Source: Callorhinchus milii (taxonomy: Eukaryota). From it: a stretch of 64,000 bases of DNA. The notes below the pieces were generated by a model, which saw only the letters and a list, made by a program, of their open reading frames with translations, searched no databases and was not told the origin of the DNA. A program made the translations under genes and the position numbers. Location of the stretch: assembly GCF_018977255.1 (NCBI RefSeq), contig NW_024704742.1, positions 137,828,001 through 137,892,000 on the forward strand, written 5' to 3'. Positions 46,185 to 57,813 of the stretch are shown here, in pieces; positions within the stretch are counted from its first letter, which is position 1, and every line of letters starts with the position of its first letter.

Positions 46185-48940
46185 TCAACAACAAAGTTAC
46201 ATGTGTATAGCATCTTTCACGTATAGAGGATGTCCCAAGGTGATGCGGGGGACATGAAGCTGGCCTGCTGAGCAGAGGGAGCAGGCAGGATGGTAGGGGG
46301 TTAGGAGGTTGCAGAGGTAGGGGAGAGCAAGGCCATGGAGGGCTTTGAAGGTGAGATCAAGGATCTTGAACTGTATCATCTGTGTGATGGGAAGCCAGTG
46401 GAGTCGGGCGAGGATGGGGGTGAGGACACAGGCTGCAGATTTCTGGATGATCTGCAGCCTATGGAAGGTGAAGTTGGTGAGGCCGACAAGCAAGGAGTTT
46501 GCATAGACAAGCGTCAATGTTATGAATATGTGTCTGGGAGTTTTGGCAGCCTCCGGTGTGAGACTGGTGGAGCGGGCGATGTTGCTGAGGTAGGGGAAGG
46601 CAGATCAGGTCATGGCGCAGATGTGGGTTAGAAAGGATAGTTGAGGGTCAAACAAGATGCCAAGGTTCAGGACTGGCTTAGCAAGGTGGATTGTGCATCC
46701 ATGGATGGTGATGCTGTCAGGGCCTGAGGTGAGGAGGCGCTGACGGGAGCTAATCAGGAGAGGCTCGGTCTTGTTGACGTTCAACTGAAGAAAGTTAGAT
46801 CTCACCCAGGACTTGATGTCTGACAGACATTCTGTCAGGATGGAGGCAGAGAGTTAGAGTTGGGTGTCATCCGCACATACGTGGAAGTTGTCTGTGGATG
46901 AGGTCACCAAGAGGAAACATAGATGTTGTTATAGATGTGGTACAGAAGCCCGATTGGAGGGATTCATAAAGGGAGTGGCGGGAGAGGAAGGAGCGAAGTT
47001 GGGAAGCAACAACTCATTCCAGGATCTTGGAGAGGAACAGGAGGTTGGAGATGGGGCAGTAGGTTGAGAGCAGGAATGGGTCCGGGGGGGGGGTGGTTAG
47101 GGATAGGAGTGATGACAGATGTTTTTCAAGGGTTGGGAACAATACCAGTGATCAGGGAGATGTTTATGATGTCTGTGAGTAGACTGGCAAAGAGGTGGAG
47201 CTGGGAGGTAAGGAGAGGGGTAGGCATGGGGTCGAGAGAGCAAGTGGTCAGTTTCATACGGGGTATAGTGGCGGTGAGAGATGAGTGGGAGACAGGTTCG
47301 AAGGTTGGAGGGAGAGATAGGTAGAGGCCGGGAGGAGAGGGGGAGATGGGGAGGGTGTAGTAGATGGAAGGGCAGAGGCAGCTGAGCGGATCCATTCAAC
47401 TTCTGATTCAAAGGTGTCCAGCATCGCCTTTCAGTTGGCATTGGAGGTGAGGATGGGCAAGGCGTGAGAGGGTGGGTGGAGGAGCTGGTTGGTGATGGAG
47501 AAGAGGAGCCTGGAGTTGTCCTTGGCCTCCAAGATTGTCTTGGAGTACAACGACAATTTAGCGGAGGCGAGGGCGGAGCCGTACGGTTTGACACGTTGGA
47601 ACTGCCGATGGACCATTAAGTTCGATATAAGCCAGGTGAGTTCAGCGGCACACAACTGTGCTTTAAGGGAGCGGAGGTGGCTGCTATGGTGACTTTCGTC
47701 AGTAGGATACGGTTTGGGAAGTGAGGGGAGCAAGGGAATCGAAAGTGGAGGAGAGGGAGTTGTAGAGAAGGGTGACCGAGAAAGATAGGTCATTGCGGGA
47801 GGAAACCCAGAAGGGAAGGAGTTCAGATGACTCCAAAGTAGCCGAGAGGGAGGGGGGGAGATTTTTTTCCAGGGATGGTAGGAAATGGTGGTGGGTTGGG
47901 TGGCGGTGGGGAGAGGGATTGAGGAGTTAAGGGAGATGAAGTGATGGGCCGAGATCGCTTTGTCGATGATGGTGAGGTCCAAGAGGGTGAGGCCCCAAGT
48001 GATCACCAGGTAGAGGGGGTGACCGCGGATGTTTGTGGCAGAGTGGATGTGGAGGGAGAGGTTGTGGGAGGAGATAAGGGAGGAGAAGTCAGCAGAGGTA
48101 GATCAGGAGGGGATGAAGTGAAGTCAAAGTCGCCTCGCATGAGGAGGCTTTCGGAGCAGAGGGAGAGGGAAAATAGGGTGGAGGTGTCAGGAAGATAGGA
48201 GTAGGGCTTGGGTGGGGGACATAGATGAGGAGAACCTTAAGGGAAAGGTTTGGAGGGGTGATAAAGGGTAAGGTGATTGACGGAGGGGAATGTTCCAAAG
48301 GAGTAAGAGGATAGGTTGAGCAGGGACCGGGAGATGAGAGCCACACCACCGCCATGGCGGTTGGTTAGTTTGTGGTGTGTGATGGAAGGTGTAGCCGGGT
48401 GGTGTGGCCTCTATCAGGGGGAAGGTGTCACCTGGAGTGATCCAGGTTTCAGTGAGAGCGAGAATGTCTTCATCGACAATGAGGTCTTGGATGGTGAGTG
48501 TTTTGTTGGCGAGGGAGCGGACATTTTGTAGGCCAATGCAGAGGGGACAGTTGGTGGAGGAATGTGGGGGGGAGAGGGAGGACTGACGGAGGGTGGGGGT
48601 GTGGGTGAGGCAGGAGAGGTTAGCCCCCATGGTCAGGGACCGATGGATCTTGCAGGGGTGGGGGTGGGGGGTTCAGCGAGGCATGGTTAGTCCGCTGGCG
48701 TGGGTCATCATGGTGAGAGGGGACAATGTTATTGTCCCAGTGAATCCAGGCTGAGAGATTCAAAGGTGGCGTGCGGATGTGAGGTCACACGGCAGCCGGT
48801 CTCTGGTTGGATGTCGACGAGGAGACACAGCGATGGCCACGGCGAGAAATCCCACGTTGGTTCCGCGTGGCTCAGGTAGTTGGGCCTGAGTCCCCACGTT
48901 GGATCTGGACACCATTGGTGGGGGTGTGGGAGGGAGGCAT
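46185..48940 (-). mobile_element. Longest L2 LINE in the window; APE endonuclease plus internally deleted RT; degenerate
   Basis: IGLQNVRSLANK..ILALTETW..PPGYTFHH (EN), TCSLDPMPT, YADDTQL; tail at 46185. Confidence 0.9.
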
Positions 48941-49299
48941 CTGAAAGCACTTCACAGAATATACTGTAAAGTTTATTGACTGTATATTTTGTGGGCGAAG
49001 GTAGCCACAAGAACAGCAAGAGAATGTTTCACCCAGAAAGTGGTTGGAATGTGGAATATCCTCCAAGTAAGTGGTGGAGAAAGAGTCCATTGCAGCTTTC
49101 AAGAGAGAAGTAGACAGATATGTGAAAGAGAGAGGCTTGAAGGGAAGTGGGGATAAGGTTGGGGTGTGACTGAGGTGATCTCCTTGCTCTGTGAGCTGGT
49201 GCAGACTTGAAGGGCCGAATGGCCTCCTTCTGGCTGTAGATGTTTAGGTCCCTTAATACCAGGTTCTGCACAAATCGGCTGCCATGTTCACCTGCAAAA

Positions 49300-49937
49300 C
49301 AACCACAACAACAAGATTACATTTATATAGCGCCTTTCACGTCGGGAGGACGTCCCAGTGTACAGCATTTCACACCCGAGCTGGGATCAGGGGGAGAGAA
49401 GGGAGGGGAAGGGGGGTGACCGATGGTATGGTCGAAGAGGAGGGTCTTGAGGTGGGACTTGAAGGAGACTAAGGAGGGGGCGAGGCGGAGTGACTGAGGG
49501 TCAGAGGTTGGGGGCAGAGTGGCTGAAGGCTCTCCCGCCAATGGTGGGGCGGGTGGGTCGGGGGATGTGGAGCAGCCAGAGCCGACTGAGTGGAGGTAAC
49601 GGGCGGGTTAGTAAGGGGTTAAGAGGTCGCAGAGGTAGGGTGGGGCGAGGCCATGGAGGGCTTTGTGGGTGAGGACCAGGATCTTGAACTGGATCCTCTG
49701 AAGGACAGGGAGACAGTGGAGTCGGGCGAGAGTGGGGGAGATGGGGTCACGGAGTTTGGTGCGGGAGAGGACATGGGCTGCAGCGTTCTGGATTATCTGC
49801 AGTCTGTGGAGGGAGGAGTTGGGAAGGCCGACACGCAGGGAGTTTGCATAGTCGAGTCTGGAGGTGATGAAGGTATGAACAAGAGTTTCAGCGCCTGAGA
49901 GGTGAGGTAGTGGCGGAGTCGGGCGATGTTACGGAGA
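49300..49937 (-). mobile_element. L2 LINE 3' fragment
   Basis: Close antisense match to 42500-43147. Confidence 0.9.
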
Positions 49938-51666
49938 AAACATACAGTCACTACACTTTAGAAATAAACCCTGCGTAGCGTTTTGAAATGTTTTGACAGC
50001 ACTTGACTGTCCAGTGCCTTGGGACGTCCTCTCAGCATGAAAGGCCACAGAAATACAATTTGCTGTTAAATTAAGTGTAAGAATTATTCAAGGAACAAGG
50101 CCTTCAGTTTCTGATGTAGTAACACACGACAGACAGGAGGTGGCCATGTTGCACGTGGGCATCGCTGTAATATTATTATAAAAACAATCTTTGGTACGGC
50201 ATCTTATCACATCACAACATCTCAAAGTGCTTCACCCGAATCAGTGTAAAGTGCGGTGACTGTACCTTGTGGGAGAACGCGGCAGCCAATTTGCCCACAA
50301 ATAGCCTTGAGGTGAATGAGCAGTGATATCTGGGGAAGTTTTGCCCCAGGAAACTGGTCTTTTTGAGCAGCGCTGTGGGAACTTCAGCGTCCACCTGAAC
50401 AGGGTACAGACGGGGAGTGAGGTTTAACGTCCTTCATCTGAAGGGCGGTGACTCTGACAACGTGGAGCTCTCTCCCCCCAGCGCGGCACTGGAGCATATT
50501 CTCGGAATCAGTCTCCAAGATTCCATCCCACCACTTCCTCCGATTTGTCTCCTCATAATCCTGAGACCGGATTCGCTTCATACGTGTTCAACCACAACAA
50601 CACATTACATTTGCACAGCGCCTTTCACGTCGGGAGGACGTCCCAAGACTCTGGACAGTCAGGGATATGGACCTGCGCTGGGATTTGGGATCAGGGAGGG
50701 TGGAGGGCAGGGAGGGTGTGGGTAGGAGGGTGACCAAAGACACAGTCCATAGAAGAGGGTCTTAAGGCGGGCCTTGAAGGAGGCAAGGGACGGTGCAAGG
50801 TGAAGGGACTGCAGGATGGAGTTCCAAAGGGTGGAGGCAGAGAGGCTGAAGGCCTTTGGAAAAATGCCGTTTTTTTACAGAAAATTCCAGATTAAGAGTG
50901 GATTGAAGGATTGCCCCCAATTTTTTTTCTCTTTCTCCTAAACCTTTGACATGATAATCCTTGCGTTTGATATAGCGCCTTATCGTGTCTTCAAGACGTC
51001 TCAAAGCGCTTCACAGAAGATACTGTAAAGTGAATTGGCTGTATATTTTGTGGGTGAAATGCGGCAGCCAATTGCGCACAGCAGCGTCCTTCATCGACTG
51101 AGTGAGCACGTTTTTTTTGGAGTAATTATTACCCGTGGAAAGCCATCCGCCAATTGACTAACAACCTAGTTCCTACTTACTGCGAGGAAAACAGGCATGT
51201 GTTGAGTAAGGAAACTTACCTGAGGTTACGCCCTGCCTGTGAATCAAATCTGGGTCCCTTTGTGAGGCGAGTGCTCTAATCATTCCACTACACTACAGGA
51301 CTCCACAAAATAACATCAACATCAACAACAACAGAATTACATTTGTGTAGCGCCTTTCACGTCGGGAGGACGTCCCAAAGCGCTGGAAATATCTTCTCTC
51401 AATCTCTTCTGCTCCAGAGGAAAACGCACAGTATCTGTCCACACATCTCTATTTGAACAAGCAAGGACCTGAGAGGGAGAGCGAGAGAGAGAGCGAGAGA
51501 GCGATTAATCAAAGAGAGAACCACCACGGGGAATGTTTCCTCTGCCGATTAGCAGCCCTGGAGGTGTTCAGGGTGAGTGGCACATTGCTAAGCGGCCCAG
51601 GTATTCTCATTCAGCAGCAGATCAGCAATTTAAACTGCGATTAGATTAGCTTTTAATTATTTTGAA

Positions 51667-51687
51667 ACCTTTGAAATTTTCAAAGGT
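51667..51687. promoter_or_regulatory. Perfect palindrome with two inverted TCF/LEF-type sites, acctttgaaa-t-tttcaaaggt
   Basis: 10-bp arms, 1-nt spacer, within a repeat-free TAAT-rich island. Confidence 0.4.
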
Positions 51688-52413
51688 AATTAATGTAAGA
51701 GAAATCCATGGCCCTGATATTATAGCTGCAGAATCCTGGAGAGTGTGAGCTCAGGAGTAACAAACTCCCGCTTCCTGGGGCGGCCTGGCCTGGCCGAGAC
51801 CATGTGTTTGGTGGTGAGACATTGCTCCTGCCCACTGTGATGGTGAGCAACCATCTGTACCTGTCGTTAGGTCACCCACCATCAGCCTGGCTCAGTGGTA
51901 GCGTTCTCGCTTCAGCGTCAGAAGGTTGTGGGTTCAAACCCCACGTCAGGATTTGGAATCACACAGTCTAAGCTGATGCTCCAATGCAGTGCCGAGGGGA
52001 TGCCGTCCTTCAGATGAGACTTTAAACCGAGGTGCCGTCTGCCTGTTCAGGTGGACGTTAAAGATCCCGAGGCCCTGTTTGAAAAACGAAGGAAGTTTCT
52101 TTCTCTCCCGGTGTCCTGGCCAACAATCCCCCAAATAAAATTGCTCACTCACTCCACGACTGTTTGTGGGACACTGCTGTGTCAACTGGTTGCCACGTTT
52201 TGCCCACACAACAAAGGAAAGGCATATAAACATGGAAATCGAGATCTTTGAACCGAGTCCAAAGCACGCTGGCTATTCAGTGATTTCTGTGGTTGGGTTA
52301 GTCTTGTGTTCAGATCACTGTTGGTTTCTCTCACTGCTGATCTCACCAGCTGGAGCAGATGGGACGTTTTCACACCTACTCTTGTCAGCTCAGATACTAA
52401 ACAGGCTTTATAC

Positions 52414-52446
<33 letters not shown>

Positions 52447-52887
52447 TACTATATTTCTCTTCACTTCTCGGAGATTGAAATTAACCTTTTTTCTCTCTTT
52501 TACTTTTTCTCTATTTGCCCACAAAATACAGTCACTGCACTTTACAATATACCCTGTGAAGCGCTTTGAGACTTCTCAACGATGTGATAAGGCGCTACAT
52601 CAAATACAAGGATCTAATCTCTCTCATTCTTCTTTCTCTTTCTCGCTCTCCCTCTCGCTCTCTCGCTCTCGTACTTGCCAGTTGCCCCACTTTCACCTTC
52701 GGGTCTAATCCCACGTACACAGTCACTGCACGAGGCAGGACATTGTGATGTGATGGGCAGACATGCAGTGAGTGATGACCTCTGAACTGGAGACAGACGA
52801 TGTCTCAGGGAATCAGACCCTCCGCGGCCCCCTTCAAAAAAAAGATAATAATTCGGTCACTTGAATCCATGACTGTTTGTGGGACGC

Positions 52888-53540
52888 TGCTGTGTTTGTG
52901 GTGTGGGCAAGTGCTGCTGGTGACGGTGGCTGTACTGTACACAGTGAACTCAGAGAGCAAAGCAGTGAGGCTTCGAACTGGAGGTTGGAGCCTGAGGCCA
53001 CACTCACACATTCTCTTTACAAACAGGCAGAGCCGTTCCCAGCCTCACACCAGCTCCTCTCTCTGGGCAGCGTCAATGATTATCTGACAATATTCATCAT
53101 AGTAATCCTTGCATATTACAGGGCCTTGTCACGTATTCGAGACGTCTCAAAGCACTTCACAGGATACACTGTAAAGTGTAGTGACGGTAATTTTGTGGGC
53201 GAAACGCGGAGGCCAATTGCGCACAGCAGCGTCCCACAAACAGTCGTGGATTGAGTGACCATCGTGACCACATTATCATTATTATTTATAATTATTATTA
53301 CCCCCAGAAAGCGATCCGCCAATCGACTAACAAACATTCCTATTTATTGCTGGTAAACAGCAGTGAGAGGAGCTGGTGTGAGGCTGGGAACGGCTCTGCC
53401 TGTTTGTAAAGAGAATGTGTGAGTGTGGCCTCAGGCTCCAACCTCCAGTTCGAAGCCTCACTGCTTTGCTCTCTGAGTTCACTGTGTACAGGACAGCCAC
53501 CGTCACCAGCAGCACTTGCATCCACACCACAAACACAGCA
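52888..53540. repeat. Inverted repeat, ~178-bp arms (52888-53065 and 53361-53540)
   Basis: Arms are near-exact reverse complements; the same peptide appears in + and - ORFs of the track. Confidence 0.95.
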
Positions 53541-53617
53541 ATTCCTGCTCGGTAAACAGAGGAGTGTGGAGTCAGGAAACTTGCCTAAGGTTTTCCTCTG
53601 CCTGGGAATCAAACCCC

Positions 53618-54167
53618 ATGTGCAGTTTTGTCTCCTTATTTAAGGAAGGATGTACTTGCCTTGGAGGGGGCGCAGCGTAGATTTACTCGGTTAATACCAG
53701 GGATGGAGGGGATGAGTTACGAGGATAGGCTGCCCAATTTGGGCCTATATTCTCTAGAATATAGAAGAATTAGGGGGGATCTTATAGAAACCTATAAGAT
53801 CATCAAAGGGCAATGATAGAGTAGACAGTGGGAGATTGTTTCCCCGGTTGGAGAAACTAAAACCAGAGGTCACACCTTAAGATCAGACGCAGCCCTTTCG
53901 CACTGAGTTGAGGAAGAACTTCTTCACTCAAAGGGGTGAATGTATGGAACTCACTACCCCAAAGGGCTGTTGACGCTCAGTCCTTGAACATATTCAAGAC
54001 TGAGATACATAGATTTCTTATTGCAAAAGGCATTAGAGGATATGGGGGTAAGGCAGCGTCAGGTTATTAGCTGTAGTTAGATTAGAAGATCAGCCATGAT
54101 TGAATGGCAGGGCAGAGGCTCGAAGGGCCGAATGGCCTACTCCTGCTCCTACATGTTATGTTACGTT
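53618..54167 (+). mobile_element. CR1 LINE 3' fragment
   Basis: KDVLALEGAQRRFTRLIPGM..LGLYSLEYRRIRGDLIETYKI; gggccgaatggcctactcctgctcct tail. Confidence 0.9.
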
Positions 54168-55906
54168 AACCCTATACATTCCTAGAAGTCTATATCGGCT
54201 GCTGTGTTTCGCCCACAAAATACCTAGTTACTCCACTTCACAATATATCTTGTGAAGCCCCAAAACTCTGGAACACTCTCCCTCAATCCCTTCGCCTTGC
54301 CCCCTCTTTTGCTCCCACCTGAAAACCATCAGCTCCCTGCTCCCCCCAGGGTTAGAGTCAGGCTCCACTACTGTTAAGCGCTCTGAGATGCTACCCTGCC
54401 TGGAGAGCGCTATATAAGTGCAAGTTGTTGTTGAAGTGCTTTGGGACGTCTCAACGAAGTGATGAGCATCATATCGAATGCAAGGATTATTATTGTTATG
54501 TCATACAAGGTGCAAAGTTAATTGGGGTTTTTTAATGCTCATTTTGAGGTATTAATATGTATTACATAAGTGATCAGTGAGTTACAGTTCAGCCATGATC
54601 TTATAGAATGGCGGAACAGGCTCGAGGGGCTGAATGGCCTCCTCCTGTTCCTAGGTTTCTATACATTACTGACACAATAAAATGTCACACAGAGTAACCA
54701 GGCTGAGATGACACAGGTTGACACAGGGGAGGCTGTTGTAAATACGGAGATAAAGAACTGCTCCCTATTTGAGAGCTCACAGAACATGGCTGCCACAAGG
54801 CGGGCTATATATAGTGCTCGATGAAATATTGATGAAACCTGGCTTACTTATTTGTGCAGTACACCCAAAGCCAACGACCTCGGGGACAAAGGGAACTCAC
54901 AGGGTCCTGTCACGTCTCGGTATCTCGGAGCACTCTGCAGTTAACTGCTGTCAGCTGCTCGTGTGGGCAAGGGAGGAAGACGTCAAACTGAGGTCCAGTC
55001 TGTCAACACTCTCTCGCCTGCCCCAAACTCTGACCCCACTCGTCCCAACCTCACCTATTCCAAACTCCCCCCCTCTCTCTCCCCCCCCCTCTCTCTCGCA
55101 CTCCCTCCCTCCTTCAGTGGCCAAGCTATCAGTCAGCCAGTCCCATTCTCTGAAACTCTCTCCCGCAACGCCTCCGCTCCTGCCTTCAGAACCCTCTTGA
55201 AGCTCGTGATCAGCAAACCTGCAGACAAACTGCTCGTGGGTTTGGGGACTGAGGGCTCATCTGTAAAGTCCTCCACAGCCTTGCTTCTCCCTACCCCACG
55301 CTCCCTCCACTCAGCAGGCTCTGGCCTGCTCAATGTCCCCCATCCTGTCCATCCCACCATCGGCAGGAACTCCATCCCACAGTCCCTTCGCCTCGCTCTC
55401 CTCTCTTGCCTCCTTCAAGGCCCGTCTCAAGACCCTCCTTGGCCACCCTCCTACTCCCACCCTTCCTGCCCTCCACCCTTCCTGATCAACATCCCCAGCT
55501 CGGGTCCAAATCCCTGACTGTCCAGCGCCCTGGGACATCCTCCCGACATGAAAGGCGCTGCGTAAATGTCATGTCTTGTTGTTGAGGGTGGGACTTCAAT
55601 ATGAGCAAACTGACTGTCTCGCTTCCCTAAAAAGATACACAGTCACTACACTTGCCAGTAGCTTGCAGTACAGGGCGGTGAGGCAGTGTGATGTTGGGGT
55701 CGATGGGAGAGGACAGCGATGGTTGTGGTGAGAGCGATGTGTGCACGGACAGAGACTGGATCCGAGTCCTCAAACCCTGCACGTCAGTCACGCTACATGT
55801 CACTGTCTGCCCTCCAGCAGAGTGCTCCGTGGGTTATAGGTACAGTCACGGAGCCTGTCACACGCAATCAAATCAACTCCCCTTCCCCCCACGGTTCCAT
55901 TAGTGG

Positions 55907-56229
55907 TGCCTGAGGCTCAGTGGTTAGAGCACTCACCTCATAAGCGAGAGGACCTGGGTTCAATTCCCGGGCAGGGCGAAACCTTGGGCAAGTTTCCTTA
56001 CTCCACACAGAGCCTAATAATAATCCCTCCAAAACCCAAAACAATAATAAATTGGTCATTTTCAATCCACGACTGTTTGTGGGACATTGCTGTGCGCAAT
56101 TGGCTGCCGCGTTCACCCACAAATATACAGTCAATTCACTTTACAGTGTGATCTGTGAAGCGCTTTGGGACGTCCTCTCGACGTGAAAAGCGCTATATCA
56201 AATGCAAAGATTATTATTATTATTATTAT
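55907..56229 (+). mobile_element. Young SINE copy
   Basis: Same subfamily as 44599-44930. Confidence 0.9.
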
Positions 56230-56231
56230 GT

Positions 56232-56932
56232 GTCTCTAACACTGGGATCAGCCTCACTGCTCTCCTCTCTCTCACACTGGGATCAGCCTCACTGCTCTCC
56301 TCTATCTCTCACACTGGGATCAGCCTCACTGCTCTCCTCTATCTCTAACACTGGGATCAGCCTCACTGCTCTCCTCTATCTCTAACACTGGGATCAGCCT
56401 CACTGCTCTCCTCTATCTCTAACACTGGGATCAGCCTCACTGCTCTCCTCTATCTCTAACACTGGGATCAGCCTCACTGCTCTCCTCTATCTCTAACACT
56501 GGGATCAGCCTCACTGCTCTCCTCTATCTCTAACACTGGGATCAGCCTCACTGCTCTCCTCTATCTCTAACACTGGGATCAGCCTCACTGCTCTCCTCTA
56601 TCTCTAACACTGGGATAAGCCTCACTGCTCTCCTCTATCTCTAACACTGGGATCAACCTCACTGCTCTCCTCTATCTCTAACACTGGGATCAGCCTCACT
56701 GCTCTCCTCTGTCTCTAACACTGGGATCAGCCTCACTGCTCTCCTCTATCTCTAACACTGGGATCAGCCTCACTGCTCTCCTCTATCTCTCACACTGGGA
56801 TCAGCCTCACTGCTCTCCTCTATCTCTCACACTGGGATCAGCCTCACTGCTCTCCTCTATCTCTAACACTGGGATCAGCCTCACTGCTCTCCTCTATCTC
56901 TAACACTGGGATCAGCCTCACTGCTCTCCTCT
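56232..56932. repeat. Minisatellite, 37-bp unit ctctaacactgggatcagcctcactgctctcctctat x19
   Basis: Counted from actggg positions 56241 to 56905. Confidence 0.97.
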
Positions 56933-57289
56933 GTGTTAGCTCTGGGGACTGGTATCTGTCATTGGAATGAACAGAGTGTGTGTGCAGTGACCTCTGACGT
57001 TGCCATCGGGAGTTCTAGAGAGGAAGCGGATTAACACACGCTCTGGGTTTAATGATTTTCTCTTGTTTAATTATAAATCTGTTCACTCAGCCGTCTGTCC
57101 CAGTTTCACCGCAAATCCAGCAGTTGTCTTGCTAATGGCATGTGTAACCCACTCACGGGATGTTCAGTAATAACACAATGCCCACAATGTCAAACATTCT
57201 CAGATCTTTGGAGTAATTACCATCAGTTGTAGTGACTGTTTAAGCGTAATTTAGGCGTCAGGTTTGATCCACAGCTTTCCTTTCTCCCC

Positions 57290-57813
57290 CACATCTGTTC
57301 CCAGACCAGCACTGCTTCTTTCCCATATCATTGCCCTCCTCCGCCCATACCTCACACCCACGGCAGCTCACCCTCGGCCACACCTTTGTCACCTCTTGGC
57401 TGAGCTTTTCAAACGCCCTCCTCACTGGTCTCCCCAGTTCCACCAAACACACGATACAATTAATTCAGAACTCCACCGGCCCGACACCAACCTGCACAAA
57501 ACACTGGACCCTCATCACCCCAGTCCTTGTCAGGCTGCACTGGCTCCCAATCACCGAATGGATCGGCTTCAAGATCCTCTCACTCGTTTTCAGATCGTTT
57601 CATGCCCTCGTACCTCCCGTGTGCGATTTGCTCCCACACACCCCCATCTCCCCCGACCCACTCCACCACCCGCTGCCTCTGCTCCGGCCTCCTGTTCATC
57701 CCACGACCCCTCTGCTCCACCATCAGCGGCTGTGCTTTCAACCACTACACCCCAAAGCTCTGAAACCCCCTTCCCTCAATCCCTCCGCCTTGCCCCCTCC
57801 CTCCCCACTTTCA
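57290..57813 (+). mobile_element. Old L2 LINE fragment
   Basis: LIQNS..ITPVLVRLHWLPITEWIGFKIL. Confidence 0.8.

Noticed and set aside
56232..56932. 37-bp repeats as a CRISPR array
   Set aside because: Head-to-tail tandem units with no spacers.
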